Below, piece by piece: positions 19,460 to 29,057 of a DNA stretch of 50,988 bases. The stretch's first letter is position 1. Every line of letters starts with the position of its first letter. The translations under genes were made by a program, and so were the position numbers. The DNA lies in the NCBI GenBank assembly GCA_029052265.1, contig JAIDJJ010000328.1, positions 1 through 50,988 on the forward strand. The letters are read 5' to 3'. Source of the stretch: Muribaculaceae bacterium (GTDB taxonomy: Bacteria; Bacteroidota; Bacteroidia; Bacteroidales; Muribaculaceae). A model generated the notes under the pieces. That model saw only the letters and a program-made list of their open reading frames with translations, made no database searches and was not told the DNA's origin.

Positions 19460-20995
19460 ATGGACAAGATATTATGGGCAGACGATGAGATAGATCTCCT
19501 GAAGCCCCATATTTTATTTCTCAAAGCAAAGGGTTACGACATCGTGACTGTCTCCAACGGCAGGGACGCGCTCGACGCGCTTGACCGTGACCGCTTCAAC
19601 CTCATTCTCCTTGACGAGAACATGCCGGGACTGTCCGGACTCGAGACCCTCGCAAGAATCAATCTTACGCATCCCGAAGTGCCTGTAATAATGATTACAA
19701 AATCTGAGGAAGAAAACCTCATGAACCAGGCGATCGGAAACCAGATAGCCGACTATCTGATAAAACCCGTCAACCCGAACCAGATACTCCTCTCCATCAA
19801 GAAAAATCTACATAGCGTCGAACTTGTGGCTGCTCAGACCTCTTCCGGCTATCAGCAGGAGTTTCAAAAAATATCCTCGCAGATCAACAATGCATGTTCC
19901 GTGGAAGACTGGATGGAGGTGTACCGGCAGCTCGTATATTGGGAGCTGAAACTTGCAGACACCGACTCTGCCATGGAAGAGCTGCTACTGATGCAGAAAA
20001 GGGATGCCAACAGCAATTTCTGCAAGTTTGTGAAGCGGGAATACGAAGGATGGATACAGAATGAAGACCATCCCCTTATGAGTCACGAGATTTTCAAACG
20101 GAAGGTGTTCCCTATTCTCGACAAAGGGGAGAAAGTCTGCGTGTTTCTCATCGACAATTTCCGCCTTGACCAATGGAAGATGGTGGCACCGCTTGTGGCA
20201 GAATGGTTTGACGTGAACGAAGAACTTTACACCACCATTCTCCCGACTTCAACACAATACGCACGCAACGCCATTTTTGCCGGACTTATGCCTCTACAGA
20301 TCGCAACAATGTTTCCGCAATTATGGGTTGAGGAGGACGAAGACGAAGGGCTAAACGTGCATGAAAGCGAGCTGATCCGGACTCAGCTTGACCGGTTCCG
20401 CAGAAAAGAACAGTTTGCGTACAACAAACTGAATGACTCCTCAGCCGGTGAAAAATTCCTACACAAGCTGCCACAGATAAAAGATATCCCCCTCAATGTC
20501 ATTGTGCTGAACTTCATCGACATGCTGTCGCATGCCCGTACTGAGTCGAAAATGATACGCGAGCTCGCCAATTCCGACGCCGCATACCGTTCGCTCACCG
20601 AATCTTGGGTAAAACATTCCTCAACCCTCGACATATTCAGGAAACTCGCGGAATATGGCTACAAGGTCATCGTCACCACTGACCACGGCACAATCCGCGT
20701 GGACAATCCAATAAAAGTGGTCGGAGACAAGAATACCAACACGAATCTGCGCTATAAGGTAGGGAAGAACCTTAACTATAACCGCAAACAGGTCTACGAG
20801 ATGCACGACCCGAAAAAATTCGGACTCCCCTCTCCCAACCTCTCAAGCACTTATATCTATGCCCTCAACGAGGATTTTTTCTCTTATCCGAACAATTACA
20901 ATTATTACGTGCAATACTACACGGGAACTTTCCAGCACGGAGGCATCTCCCTGCAGGAAATGCTTGTGCCTCTGGTGACACTCTCCCCCAAATAA
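19460..20995 (+). CDS. porX: Response regulator PorX (REC + PglZ alkaline-phosphatase-like domain)
   Basis: ILWADDEIDLLKPH, LLDENMPG, IDNFRLDQW, TTDHG, FQHGGISLQEM. Confidence 0.93.
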   Translation: MDKILWADDEIDLLKPHILFLKAKGYDIVTVSNGRDALDALDRDRFNLILLDENMPGLSGLETLARINLTHPEVPVIMITKSEEENLMNQAIGNQIADYLIKPVNPNQILLSIKKNLHSVELVAAQTSSGYQQEFQKISSQINNACSVEDWMEVYRQLVYWELKLADTDSAMEELLLMQKRDANSNFCKFVKREYEGWIQNEDHPLMSHEIFKRKVFPILDKGEKVCVFLIDNFRLDQWKMVAPLVAEWFDVNEELYTTILPTSTQYARNAIFAGLMPLQIATMFPQLWVEEDEDEGLNVHESELIRTQLDRFRRKEQFAYNKLNDSSAGEKFLHKLPQIKDIPLNVIVLNFIDMLSHARTESKMIRELANSDAAYRSLTESWVKHSSTLDIFRKLAEYGYKVIVTTDHGTIRVDNPIKVVGDKNTNTNLRYKVGKNLNYNRKQVYEMHDPKKFGLPSPNLSSTYIYALNEDFFSYPNNYNYYVQYYTGTFQHGGISLQEMLVPLVTLSPK

Positions 20996-21005
20996 CACGC
21001 CCCTG

Positions 21006-21986
21006 ATGAAAAGAGCACTCCCCTTTCTCATTCTTTTCCTGCTTGCCGCAGCCAATGCAGTCTGTGGCGATGTCTCCGGCAGACGGAAAGCCCTGCGGGA
21101 ACTTTCCCAAAGGGCTGCCTCGCTCGATCCCAAGGCGCTCTATGACCTCGCTTCGCTCCACGACAAGGGGTATGACTCTATTCCTGTGGATTCGGCTCGC
21201 TCCACGGCTCTATATAGGCTCTCCGCCTCCCTCGGCTACCCCCGCGCACAGAACTACCTCGGGTTCCGTTATTTCAAAGGGGAGTTCGTAAGACAAAATG
21301 TGGACTCTGCACTCTATTGGCTGACCAAAGCCGCTGAAAACGGAGATCCATCCGCCGCCAATAATCTCGGATACTTACTGTCTGAAGGGGATGTTGTCGG
21401 AAAAGATTATGCCGGCGCAGCTTTCTGGCTTAAGAAAGCCGCTGCCGCGGGTCTGCCGCAGGCTGAAAGCCAGCTTGCCGACCTCTTCTGCAAAGGACAT
21501 GGTGTGGAAAAAGACACTGCAGAGGCGATATCCCTCTACAACCGCGCCATCGAAGGTGGACTCCGGGATGCGGAAATCAAACTGCTGGCGATGATGGGAA
21601 AGAAATGGGAACGTCTGCCGGCTGATTCGGCTGTCTCCCTCGGAAGATTCTATTACTCACACCGGGCTCCCGTTGCCGCCGTGACGCTGTTAAAAAATGC
21701 AGCGGCATCCGGAAATCCGGATGCCCTCGCCCTTCTTGGCGACGCGTATTCAAAGGGATACGGGGTGGAATACAACCACGACATCTCAATTGATTTTTTT
21801 CTGAGGGCGGCAAACGCCGGACAACCATCGGCTCAGTTCATAATCGCCGAATTGCTTGACATCTTCCCTGACGCTCTCCCCGATTCCGTCCCTCCCGCAG
21901 TATTCTGGTATGGAAAGGCGGCAGCCTCCGGGATCACAGACGCTTCCGAAGCCACACAAAGGCTGATTTACGGCAGGTCAGAGTGA
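21006..21986 (+). CDS. Sel1-repeat secreted protein
   Basis: Signal peptide and repeated AQNYLG...Y..G...A..W..KAA..G units. Confidence 0.88.
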   Translation: MKRALPFLILFLLAAANAVCGDVSGRRKALRELSQRAASLDPKALYDLASLHDKGYDSIPVDSARSTALYRLSASLGYPRAQNYLGFRYFKGEFVRQNVDSALYWLTKAAENGDPSAANNLGYLLSEGDVVGKDYAGAAFWLKKAAAAGLPQAESQLADLFCKGHGVEKDTAEAISLYNRAIEGGLRDAEIKLLAMMGKKWERLPADSAVSLGRFYYSHRAPVAAVTLLKNAAASGNPDALALLGDAYSKGYGVEYNHDISIDFFLRAANAGQPSAQFIIAELLDIFPDALPDSVPPAVFWYGKAAASGITDASEATQRLIYGRSE

Positions 21987-22978
21987 CTTTCAACCTGATC
22001 CTCATCCCGGATATCAAGTATATTCCTGGCATTGCGGCGCAACCCCGCGAGTTTCGCCCTCTTCATCGCTGATCCCTTGAAAAACAAGGAAAATTCATTC
22101 TGTGTCATTCCAAGCACATCTGCCGCTGTCAGTTCCATTATCCCCTTTCTCGGTTTAAACTCATCAATCGCCGTGGGAGTCACATCCCTGTTGTGCGGAC
22201 ACACGCGCTGACAGATATCGCATCCGTAAAGGCATTCCCGGGCGGAGGATGTATGCATAGCCGACATCTCGTCCATTCCCCAATCGCCACGGCTTTCTAT
22301 GGTGAGATAATTTATGCATCTGCGGGCGTCGACAGTGCCGTCGCCCGATATGGCTTTCTGCGGGCAGGCACGCATACATTCCCCACAATCGGCACAAAAT
22401 GCACGTGAGGGCGCGTCAGGAGCCACACAGAGCGTCGTAAGCACTTCCGCAAGGAAATTATAGCTCCCGCAATTTTCAACGATTACAGAGCCGTTTCTGC
22501 CCCTTCTCCCTATTCCGGACATCACTGCCCAGTACCGTTCCGCCAAAGGAGCGGTATCCACACATATTCTCCACTCCCCGCCATACCTCAGCCGCAGACT
22601 CTCGACCACGGGCGTAAGACGGCGTCTGATCACCTCATGATAATCTTCTCCGTAGGCATAACATGAAATGACCGGAAGCGCCCCGTCGCGCCATTGCGCC
22701 GGGGCGTAGCTGAATGCCATGCTTATCACGGTGGAAGCATTATCAAGCACATTTGATGGATGACGCTTAAGGAGCCCATGACGCACAAGATAATCCATTC
22801 CCGCATGTTGTCCCGCGTCTATCCATGCCCCGTATTCCTCGACAGCGGATATTGCCACCTCTTCAGCCCGGGCAAACCCTACAGCCGATGCTCCGGCTGC
22901 CAAAAAAGATTCGCGTATTATTTCTTTCATCTGACCGTGAGAGACTTCATCAAAATTCTTGCGGCAATTCCCTGCCAT
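21968..22978 (-). CDS. queG: Epoxyqueuosine reductase
   Basis: YAYGEDYH, VDTAPLAER, CADCGECMRACP and GCDICQRVCP Fe-S motifs. ATG at 22978 abuts the rnhA stop. Confidence 0.93.
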   Translation of the reverse strand: MAGNCRKNFDEVSHGQMKEIIRESFLAAGASAVGFARAEEVAISAVEEYGAWIDAGQHAGMDYLVRHGLLKRHPSNVLDNASTVISMAFSYAPAQWRDGALPVISCYAYGEDYHEVIRRRLTPVVESLRLRYGGEWRICVDTAPLAERYWAVMSGIGRRGRNGSVIVENCGSYNFLAEVLTTLCVAPDAPSRAFCADCGECMRACPQKAISGDGTVDARRCINYLTIESRGDWGMDEMSAMHTSSARECLYGCDICQRVCPHNRDVTPTAIDEFKPRKGIMELTAADVLGMTQNEFSLFFKGSAMKRAKLAGLRRNARNILDIRDEDQVESHSDLP

Positions 22979-22979
22979 A

Positions 22980-23645
22980 TCATTTTCTGCCGAAATCAGC
23001 CGGGATCTCACCCCAACGGTCTGTCTGCCACTTCAACACCTTTGCCGGGAACTGGTGGGTGTTTAGCCATGTGACAGCCCTTGCCATGAGTTCAAACACT
23101 TTTCCGTTGCGCGGGGTCAGCTTGAGCTGAGTCTTTACCTTGCGGTTTCTCACCCACGACATTCCGGAGACAGAATCGGAATAGATGTTGCGGTATCTCC
23201 CCTCCCTTGCCATAAGCGCCATGGCATGCACGATGGCAAGAAATTCCCCTATGTTGTTTGTGGCATCGTCAAACGGACCGATGCGGAAAAGGGTGCGGCC
23301 TGTCATCAGTTCCACACCCTGATATTCCATCTTACCCGGATTCCCGAGACATGAAGCATCTACAGCCCATGCATCGAGATCGACCTCCGGGTTGGTCATG
23401 TAATCGGGCTGTCCCGCCTTGGGAAGAGCCCGCTCGCTCGCCTCCACCAGAAACCGGCCGAGGTCATCGCCATCCGATTTCCTGCAGTATTTCCTGTATG
23501 CCTCCGCAGCCTCCGCAGGACTTCCATACCCTTTGTATACGGGGTTTGAAAAACCGTCTATCTGTTCCCGGGCATCATTCCAGTCGTCATACACCCCCGG
23601 ATTATGCCCTTTGAAAATAACATAATATTTCTTACCTTTCGCCAT
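22980..23645 (-). CDS. rnhA: Ribonuclease HI with N-terminal hybrid-binding (viroplasmin-like) domain
   Basis: KYYVIFKGHNPGVYDDW, AVDASCLGNPG, TNNIGEFLA, YSDS, GEIPADFGRK. Confidence 0.92.
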   Translation of the reverse strand: MAKGKKYYVIFKGHNPGVYDDWNDAREQIDGFSNPVYKGYGSPAEAAEAYRKYCRKSDGDDLGRFLVEASERALPKAGQPDYMTNPEVDLDAWAVDASCLGNPGKMEYQGVELMTGRTLFRIGPFDDATNNIGEFLAIVHAMALMAREGRYRNIYSDSVSGMSWVRNRKVKTQLKLTPRNGKVFELMARAVTWLNTHQFPAKVLKWQTDRWGEIPADFGRK

Positions 23646-23692
23646 GAATCACATGTTGCAGTTAATTCTTCCCCTGCGTTGCCTCTTATCCC

Positions 23693-24709
23693 TTATCGGC
23701 AAAGGGGTTCTCGCCTGTAGTCATAGTCTCCGCGAAGACGCTCGAAAGCCGATGGGTCTGAGCGTAAGGCATTAGTGTCGACAAACGGATTGTATGACGT
23801 GCAGATCTCCTCCGTGGCAAGTTCTTCCGGATCACGGTATTCTTTCTCCAGACCTTCCTTGTCAAGGCTCACCCCGAAATAATCCTCTATCGCCTCCAGC
23901 GCCATCCTCGTGGCACGCTGTTTCCCTTCGAGAGAGTATCCCGCTATATGCGGAGTGGCTATCGTAGCCATGGAAAGCAGTCCCCGGTCGATTTCCGGCT
24001 CGTTTTCCCATGTATCTATGATAGCTTTCGTACGCCCCTGTGCCAGATGCTCTCTCCATGCATTGTTATCGACCACACTGCCCCTTGATGTGTTGATCAG
24101 TATGGCTCCCCGTTTAAGCATGTCAAGACGCTCAGCCCCTATCAGATGGTATGTCGCGTCTTCTCCGGTATATGTCAGCGGGGTATGGATACTCACTACA
24201 TCGGAATCATGCAGAAGCTGCTCGATGCAGAGATAATCCACATCCTTCATCCCGGCATTCTTGCGCGGCGGATCGCAGACGAGAACCCTGCAACCCAACT
24301 TGCGACCCCAGCCTGCCACTGTAGAACCTACATGACCGTAACCCACTATTCCCAAAGTATCAGTCTTGGGATCGAAGCCGTTTCTTAACAGCGACGACCA
24401 TACATATTGGGCGACACCGGGGGCATTGCACCCCACCGCATTCCTGACTGTTATGCCGTTTTTTCCACACCAGTCAAGATCTATATGGTCCGTGCCGATT
24501 GTGGCTGTGGTAATAAGTTTAACCGACGAACCTTCGAGCAAAGAGGCGTCACATCTCGTGCGAGTGCGCACAACAAGCACATCCGCATCCTTTACCAATA
24601 ACGGCGTAAAAGAAGACGGATCGGTATAAATCACTTCTCCCAGACATTCCAGACGCCCTTTCAGAAACGGGATCTTGTTGTCTGCTATAATTTTGAGTCT
24701 ACGCTCCAT
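23693..24709 (-). CDS. pdxB: Erythronate-4-phosphate dehydrogenase
   Basis: KIIADNKIP, VRTRT, TATIGTDHID, INTSRG, TPHIAGYSLEGK. Confidence 0.93.
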   Translation of the reverse strand: MERRLKIIADNKIPFLKGRLECLGEVIYTDPSSFTPLLVKDADVLVVRTRTRCDASLLEGSSVKLITTATIGTDHIDLDWCGKNGITVRNAVGCNAPGVAQYVWSSLLRNGFDPKTDTLGIVGYGHVGSTVAGWGRKLGCRVLVCDPPRKNAGMKDVDYLCIEQLLHDSDVVSIHTPLTYTGEDATYHLIGAERLDMLKRGAILINTSRGSVVDNNAWREHLAQGRTKAIIDTWENEPEIDRGLLSMATIATPHIAGYSLEGKQRATRMALEAIEDYFGVSLDKEGLEKEYRDPEELATEEICTSYNPFVDTNALRSDPSAFERLRGDYDYRREPLCR

Positions 24710-24738
24710 ATGTCTAACTATTAATTAATCCCACCCTA

Positions 24739-25713
24739 TCATCCTCCAAGTATCATACCCAGGAAGAATCCTATATATATGACCCCCGGAATCAATACGG
24801 CAAGCCATTCCCTTTTCATTTTCCATAAAGCACACAGGTTTGACACCTGCACCGCCACATAGAAATACAGTGTGCCGAGATATGCAAGCATATTTGAAAA
24901 ATCAACAATTATGCATACCGAACTTACAAATCCGAGCAAAGTGACGGTCATGTTAAGGGCATTCACCCTTGAGTTGCCCGCATAGAGCTTTATACTGTTG
25001 TTGAGGGCGAGCAAACCTCCGAACACTATAGCGATCCCCACACTCACCACCATTACGAATGTCTCCGATGCCTTGGCAAAATCGCTGAACAGATTAGTTA
25101 TATCCGGCACCTCAAAAGCATCCGGGCTGATAAGTCCCAGACCAACCCCCACCCAATACGGTGAGACCAGCCCCATTCCGAGAGCAAGAAATTCCTTGAA
25201 CCGGAAAGCCTTCATTATTATCGCACCGAGGATATAAGCCACTGTCATGGGAAGCATGGCATATTGGAACATGCTTCCTATCGAAATAAACGTCCCTATG
25301 GCAAACATGGTCTGTGTGGCGTTGCGGGATCCATATTCTCCAAAAAGAACCGACAGCGCCATCAGATTGACCACGCATATCAGTGTCGATGACGACAGGT
25401 AATAATTGAGCCAAGGATTGGAGCCGGCAAGCAACAGGAACATCGCAGGAAGCACCGGCTGGGTCGACCGTATGAAATTATGCGTCCGGTTGAGAAAAAA
25501 TCCTCCGGCGGCTACGGCGCCAAGCAGCACAGTATTCATTATCCATGAGGAAACAGGATTTATATCCCAAAGATTTGGGGAAGGCAGACATATGCCAAGT
25601 TCACCGGAAATTCGTATCGCCGGACGGCACACAAAAGAGACCGCTGTCATGGCAAGCATTGCCACGACAGCGAGTGCGAGTCCTGTTTTCCCTATTCCTT
25701 TATAGTGTATCAC
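24739..25713 (-). CDS. Multi-pass membrane protein (DUF6427-like), function unknown
   Basis: About nine hydrophobic segments; co-oriented and tightly spaced with its neighbours. Confidence 0.7.
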   Translation of the reverse strand: MIHYKGIGKTGLALAVVAMLAMTAVSFVCRPAIRISGELGICLPSPNLWDINPVSSWIMNTVLLGAVAAGGFFLNRTHNFIRSTQPVLPAMFLLLAGSNPWLNYYLSSSTLICVVNLMALSVLFGEYGSRNATQTMFAIGTFISIGSMFQYAMLPMTVAYILGAIIMKAFRFKEFLALGMGLVSPYWVGVGLGLISPDAFEVPDITNLFSDFAKASETFVMVVSVGIAIVFGGLLALNNSIKLYAGNSRVNALNMTVTLLGFVSSVCIIVDFSNMLAYLGTLYFYVAVQVSNLCALWKMKREWLAVLIPGVIYIGFFLGMILGG

Positions 25714-25777
25714 TCTTATATATACCTGTATATCCGCACATTTACTACAAGCATTGCGCCTGCATCAAGCTCAGCCC

Positions 25778-27487
25778 TCAGTCTTCTTCCTCTCTCTTCT
25801 TCCATCCCTTGCGCTGACGCATATGGACGGGATTGATGATGGTCTCGGACGATTCCGGAAGACGGGGACCGCGCGAATTGGCAGGATTGTAGCCTTGCGA
25901 CTCCTGGATGCGCCGCTCACGCTTGAAATTATCATCGCCACGCTCTTTTTTAAAGGGCTTCCGGTCGCCGCTGTCGGCACGATCCTTCCGGTCGGGGCGA
26001 CCGTATCCCTGACGAGCCGGTTTCCCGTATGACGGACGGTCGTTTCTACGTTCGTAGCCGTATCCGTCTCTACGCTGACGGCTATCCGCTCTTCCTACAG
26101 GCTGGAAACCATCGAAATCATCATCGTCATCATTGCTGTAACGACCTTTGGGCACACTGTCATAAGAACGCTTGCGGTCGTCACGGTTAAATGACTTTTT
26201 CTTCTTCCTGTCGTCGGAGAAGCCTTTACCGCTGTTGAATTTCTTAGCCTGTTTCTCCCAGTCGTCGTCAGAAATATGACGCACCTTCTTGGGACCCTGC
26301 TCTTTCCGGGCATCCGGATTGCTGACGCTTCCTCCTTCGGCACGGAAATCAGAATATTTGCCGTCAAACATGACGTATTCACGCAGGCTGCATTCAAGGC
26401 TGCCGTTATGAAGCGGAATCTTGACAGATGGTTTAAGCCCTATTTCTGCAAACTGCTCATCCTTGAACCCTATGATCCATGCGTGCCAGCCCTGGAAGTA
26501 AGTCTTCAGTGTAGAGCCTATGCTGCGGTAAAGGAGATTTATATTGTCAGGACGCAGACGTTCACCATAAGGGGGGTTGGTCACCATGATCCCCTCGGGA
26601 GAATTGTCTGTCCATTCTGTCACTGACTTGCATTGAAGTTCAACCATATCCTCGACACGGGCGGATTTGATATTCTTTCGGGCTATAGCCACAGCCTCCG
26701 GAGAAATATCACCGCCATATATCTTGTAAGCAAACTCACGCTCAGCTGAATCGTCGTTGTAGATCTCCTCAAACAGCTCCTGGTCAAAATCCTGCCACTT
26801 CTCGAATGCGAAATGCTCCCTATAGATGCCGGGGTTGATATTGCCGGCTATAAGAGCCGCCTCGATAAGGAATGTACCCGACCCGCACATGGGATCCACA
26901 AAATCACTGTCGCCCCTCCAGCCTGTCTTCATTATGATCCCGGCTGCAAGAACTTCATTGATCGGTGCTTCCGTCTGCTCAACCCGGTAGCCACGTTTCG
27001 ACAACGGCTCGCCGCTTGAATCGAGCGAGATAGTGACCCGGTTGTCGGAAATATGCACATTTAGCTGGACATCTGCCCCTGTCAGACGGATTGACGGACG
27101 TCTTCCATACTTGTCATTGAAATGATCGGCTATACCGTCTTTCACCCGGTATGTCACAAATTTGGAATGGGTGAATTCCGCACTGTTAACAGTGGAATCG
27201 ATCGCAAATGTCGAATCCACACTCATAAACTGTTCCCAGTCAAGATCTCTCACCTGGTCATAAAGCTCGTCGGTGGAGTCGGCTGTAAACTTAACTATGG
27301 GCTTGAGTATTCTCAAAGCCGTGCGGCAACAGAGATTGGCACGATACATAAGCTCGTTATCTCCCTCAAAAGTCACCATTCTGAGTCCGAGTTCAACATT
27401 CTCTGCCCCCAAATCAATGAGTTCATCACGGAGCACGTCTTCAAGACCCTGAAAGGTCTTTGCAACCATCTGGAATTTAGTTTCCAT
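25778..27487 (-). CDS. THUMP-domain SAM-dependent RNA methyltransferase (RlmL-like) with long charged tail
   Basis: VAKTFQGLE, LDSSGEPLSKRGYR, DPMCGSGT, NPPYGER. Confidence 0.9.
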   Translation of the reverse strand: METKFQMVAKTFQGLEDVLRDELIDLGAENVELGLRMVTFEGDNELMYRANLCCRTALRILKPIVKFTADSTDELYDQVRDLDWEQFMSVDSTFAIDSTVNSAEFTHSKFVTYRVKDGIADHFNDKYGRRPSIRLTGADVQLNVHISDNRVTISLDSSGEPLSKRGYRVEQTEAPINEVLAAGIIMKTGWRGDSDFVDPMCGSGTFLIEAALIAGNINPGIYREHFAFEKWQDFDQELFEEIYNDDSAEREFAYKIYGGDISPEAVAIARKNIKSARVEDMVELQCKSVTEWTDNSPEGIMVTNPPYGERLRPDNINLLYRSIGSTLKTYFQGWHAWIIGFKDEQFAEIGLKPSVKIPLHNGSLECSLREYVMFDGKYSDFRAEGGSVSNPDARKEQGPKKVRHISDDDWEKQAKKFNSGKGFSDDRKKKKSFNRDDRKRSYDSVPKGRYSNDDDDDFDGFQPVGRADSRQRRDGYGYERRNDRPSYGKPARQGYGRPDRKDRADSGDRKPFKKERGDDNFKRERRIQESQGYNPANSRGPRLPESSETIINPVHMRQRKGWKKREEED

Positions 27488-27579
27488 TTTTTGACTTCTT
27501 GTTGGTTATCCGGAGTCGCTCTGGCGCCTCCGCTCGTTTTGTCTGGATATATTGATTGTTTATATTTTAATCACTATTT

Positions 27580-28962
27580 TCAAGGCATCATGAAATTGCC
27601 GAACGAAATCGTTTCACCACCCCTCTCGCTGCCGGAAGAATCGGAAGAGGAGACATTTCGCCCGCCTTCCGACAGACGCTGCAACTCCTCATTGAACCGT
27701 GGTTCTCGGGTAAACGTCGGGGAATTTTCTATCATGGCGATTACCTCATGATCATCAAACTGTGAAGGCTTGAGAACGGCATACTTCATTCGCGCGGCGG
27801 TCCTACGCTGTTTGATCACTTTGTCCGACCCATAGAAATCAACAATCCTTTCGGTGGAAGCCTCTTTCTTAAGTTTCTCTTCCTCAAGATTTTTCTTTGA
27901 CTCGAATACTATCGGACCCTTGGGTTTGTCATCTCCGGATGAGATTTTTTGTTCCGAATCCCTAAGTGTGACGTCAAAGCCGGATGCAAGAACTGTTATC
28001 TTGACCTTATCGCCAAGCTCGGGATTGTCTCCTATACCCCATTTGACATCGATACTTGACGGCAATTTGGAGGTGAATTGGGTGATTTCGGCTATCTCCT
28101 CCGCACGCAACGGATTATCCGAATCCCGCGAGCAGGTAAACTTGAAAAGAAGACGCTTGGATGTGTTGATATCGTGGGCTTTCAGCAAAGGCGAGTGAAG
28201 TGCATTGTGTATGGCGTCAGAGATACGGTGCTCCCCTTCTCCATATGCAGTGGAAATTATAGCCGTGCCGCTGTCTTTCAGTGTGGTCTTCACATCCTGA
28301 AAATCGACATTGATATAGCATCTCTCCGAAATTATGTCAGAGATACTCCTCGCCGCATTGGCAAGTGTGTCATCGGCTTTCTGGAAAGCATTGAAAAAAT
28401 TATAATCCTTGTACAGTTCTATAAGGTTTTCATTGTTGATAACCAGCAACGCATCGACATGTTCCCGCATCTCATTGGCTCCGTCAAGAGCCTTAAGTAT
28501 CTTCTTTTCCCCTTCAAACATGAACGGCACTGTGACGATGCCTATTGTAAGCATCTCCGCCTCTTTTGCAAGACGTGCCACTACGGGAGCGGCTCCAGTT
28601 CCGGTGCCGCCTCCCATTCCGGCAGTAATGAACACCATTTCAGTACCGTCCTGAAACAATTTTTTTATTTCTTCGCTGCTTTCTTCTGCACATTGGCGAC
28701 CTACTTCCGGATTATTCCCGGCACCGCGGCCATGTGTCACACCCCAGCCCAACAACAGTTTGGTGGGGACAGCCATCTCGTTGAGATGCTGCTTATCGGT
28801 GTTGCAGACCACAAAATTGACATTCGGGATATTCTGCCCAAACATGTAGTTGACAGCGTTGCTGCCACCTCCGCCTACACCTATGACCTTGATTATAGAT
28901 GCATTGGGATCTTCATCAAATCTCGAACCGTCAGCCAGGTTATATATTTCGTTTTCGTCCAT
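27580..28962 (-). CDS. ftsZ: Cell division GTPase FtsZ
   Basis: GVGGGGSNAV, tubulin motif GMGGGTGTG, T7 loop INVDFQDV. Confidence 0.98.
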   Translation of the reverse strand: MDENEIYNLADGSRFDEDPNASIIKVIGVGGGGSNAVNYMFGQNIPNVNFVVCNTDKQHLNEMAVPTKLLLGWGVTHGRGAGNNPEVGRQCAEESSEEIKKLFQDGTEMVFITAGMGGGTGTGAAPVVARLAKEAEMLTIGIVTVPFMFEGEKKILKALDGANEMREHVDALLVINNENLIELYKDYNFFNAFQKADDTLANAARSISDIISERCYINVDFQDVKTTLKDSGTAIISTAYGEGEHRISDAIHNALHSPLLKAHDINTSKRLLFKFTCSRDSDNPLRAEEIAEITQFTSKLPSSIDVKWGIGDNPELGDKVKITVLASGFDVTLRDSEQKISSGDDKPKGPIVFESKKNLEEEKLKKEASTERIVDFYGSDKVIKQRRTAARMKYAVLKPSQFDDHEVIAMIENSPTFTREPRFNEELQRLSEGGRNVSSSDSSGSERGGETISFGNFMMP

Positions 28963-29057
28963 ATCGGATGCTTTGCTTTTTAGAGGTAAGAGGTTATATT
29001 TTTATCGAAGAGAGAGATAGTTTATGTGGGAACTGTTATTTCTGTATGCATCGTCTG

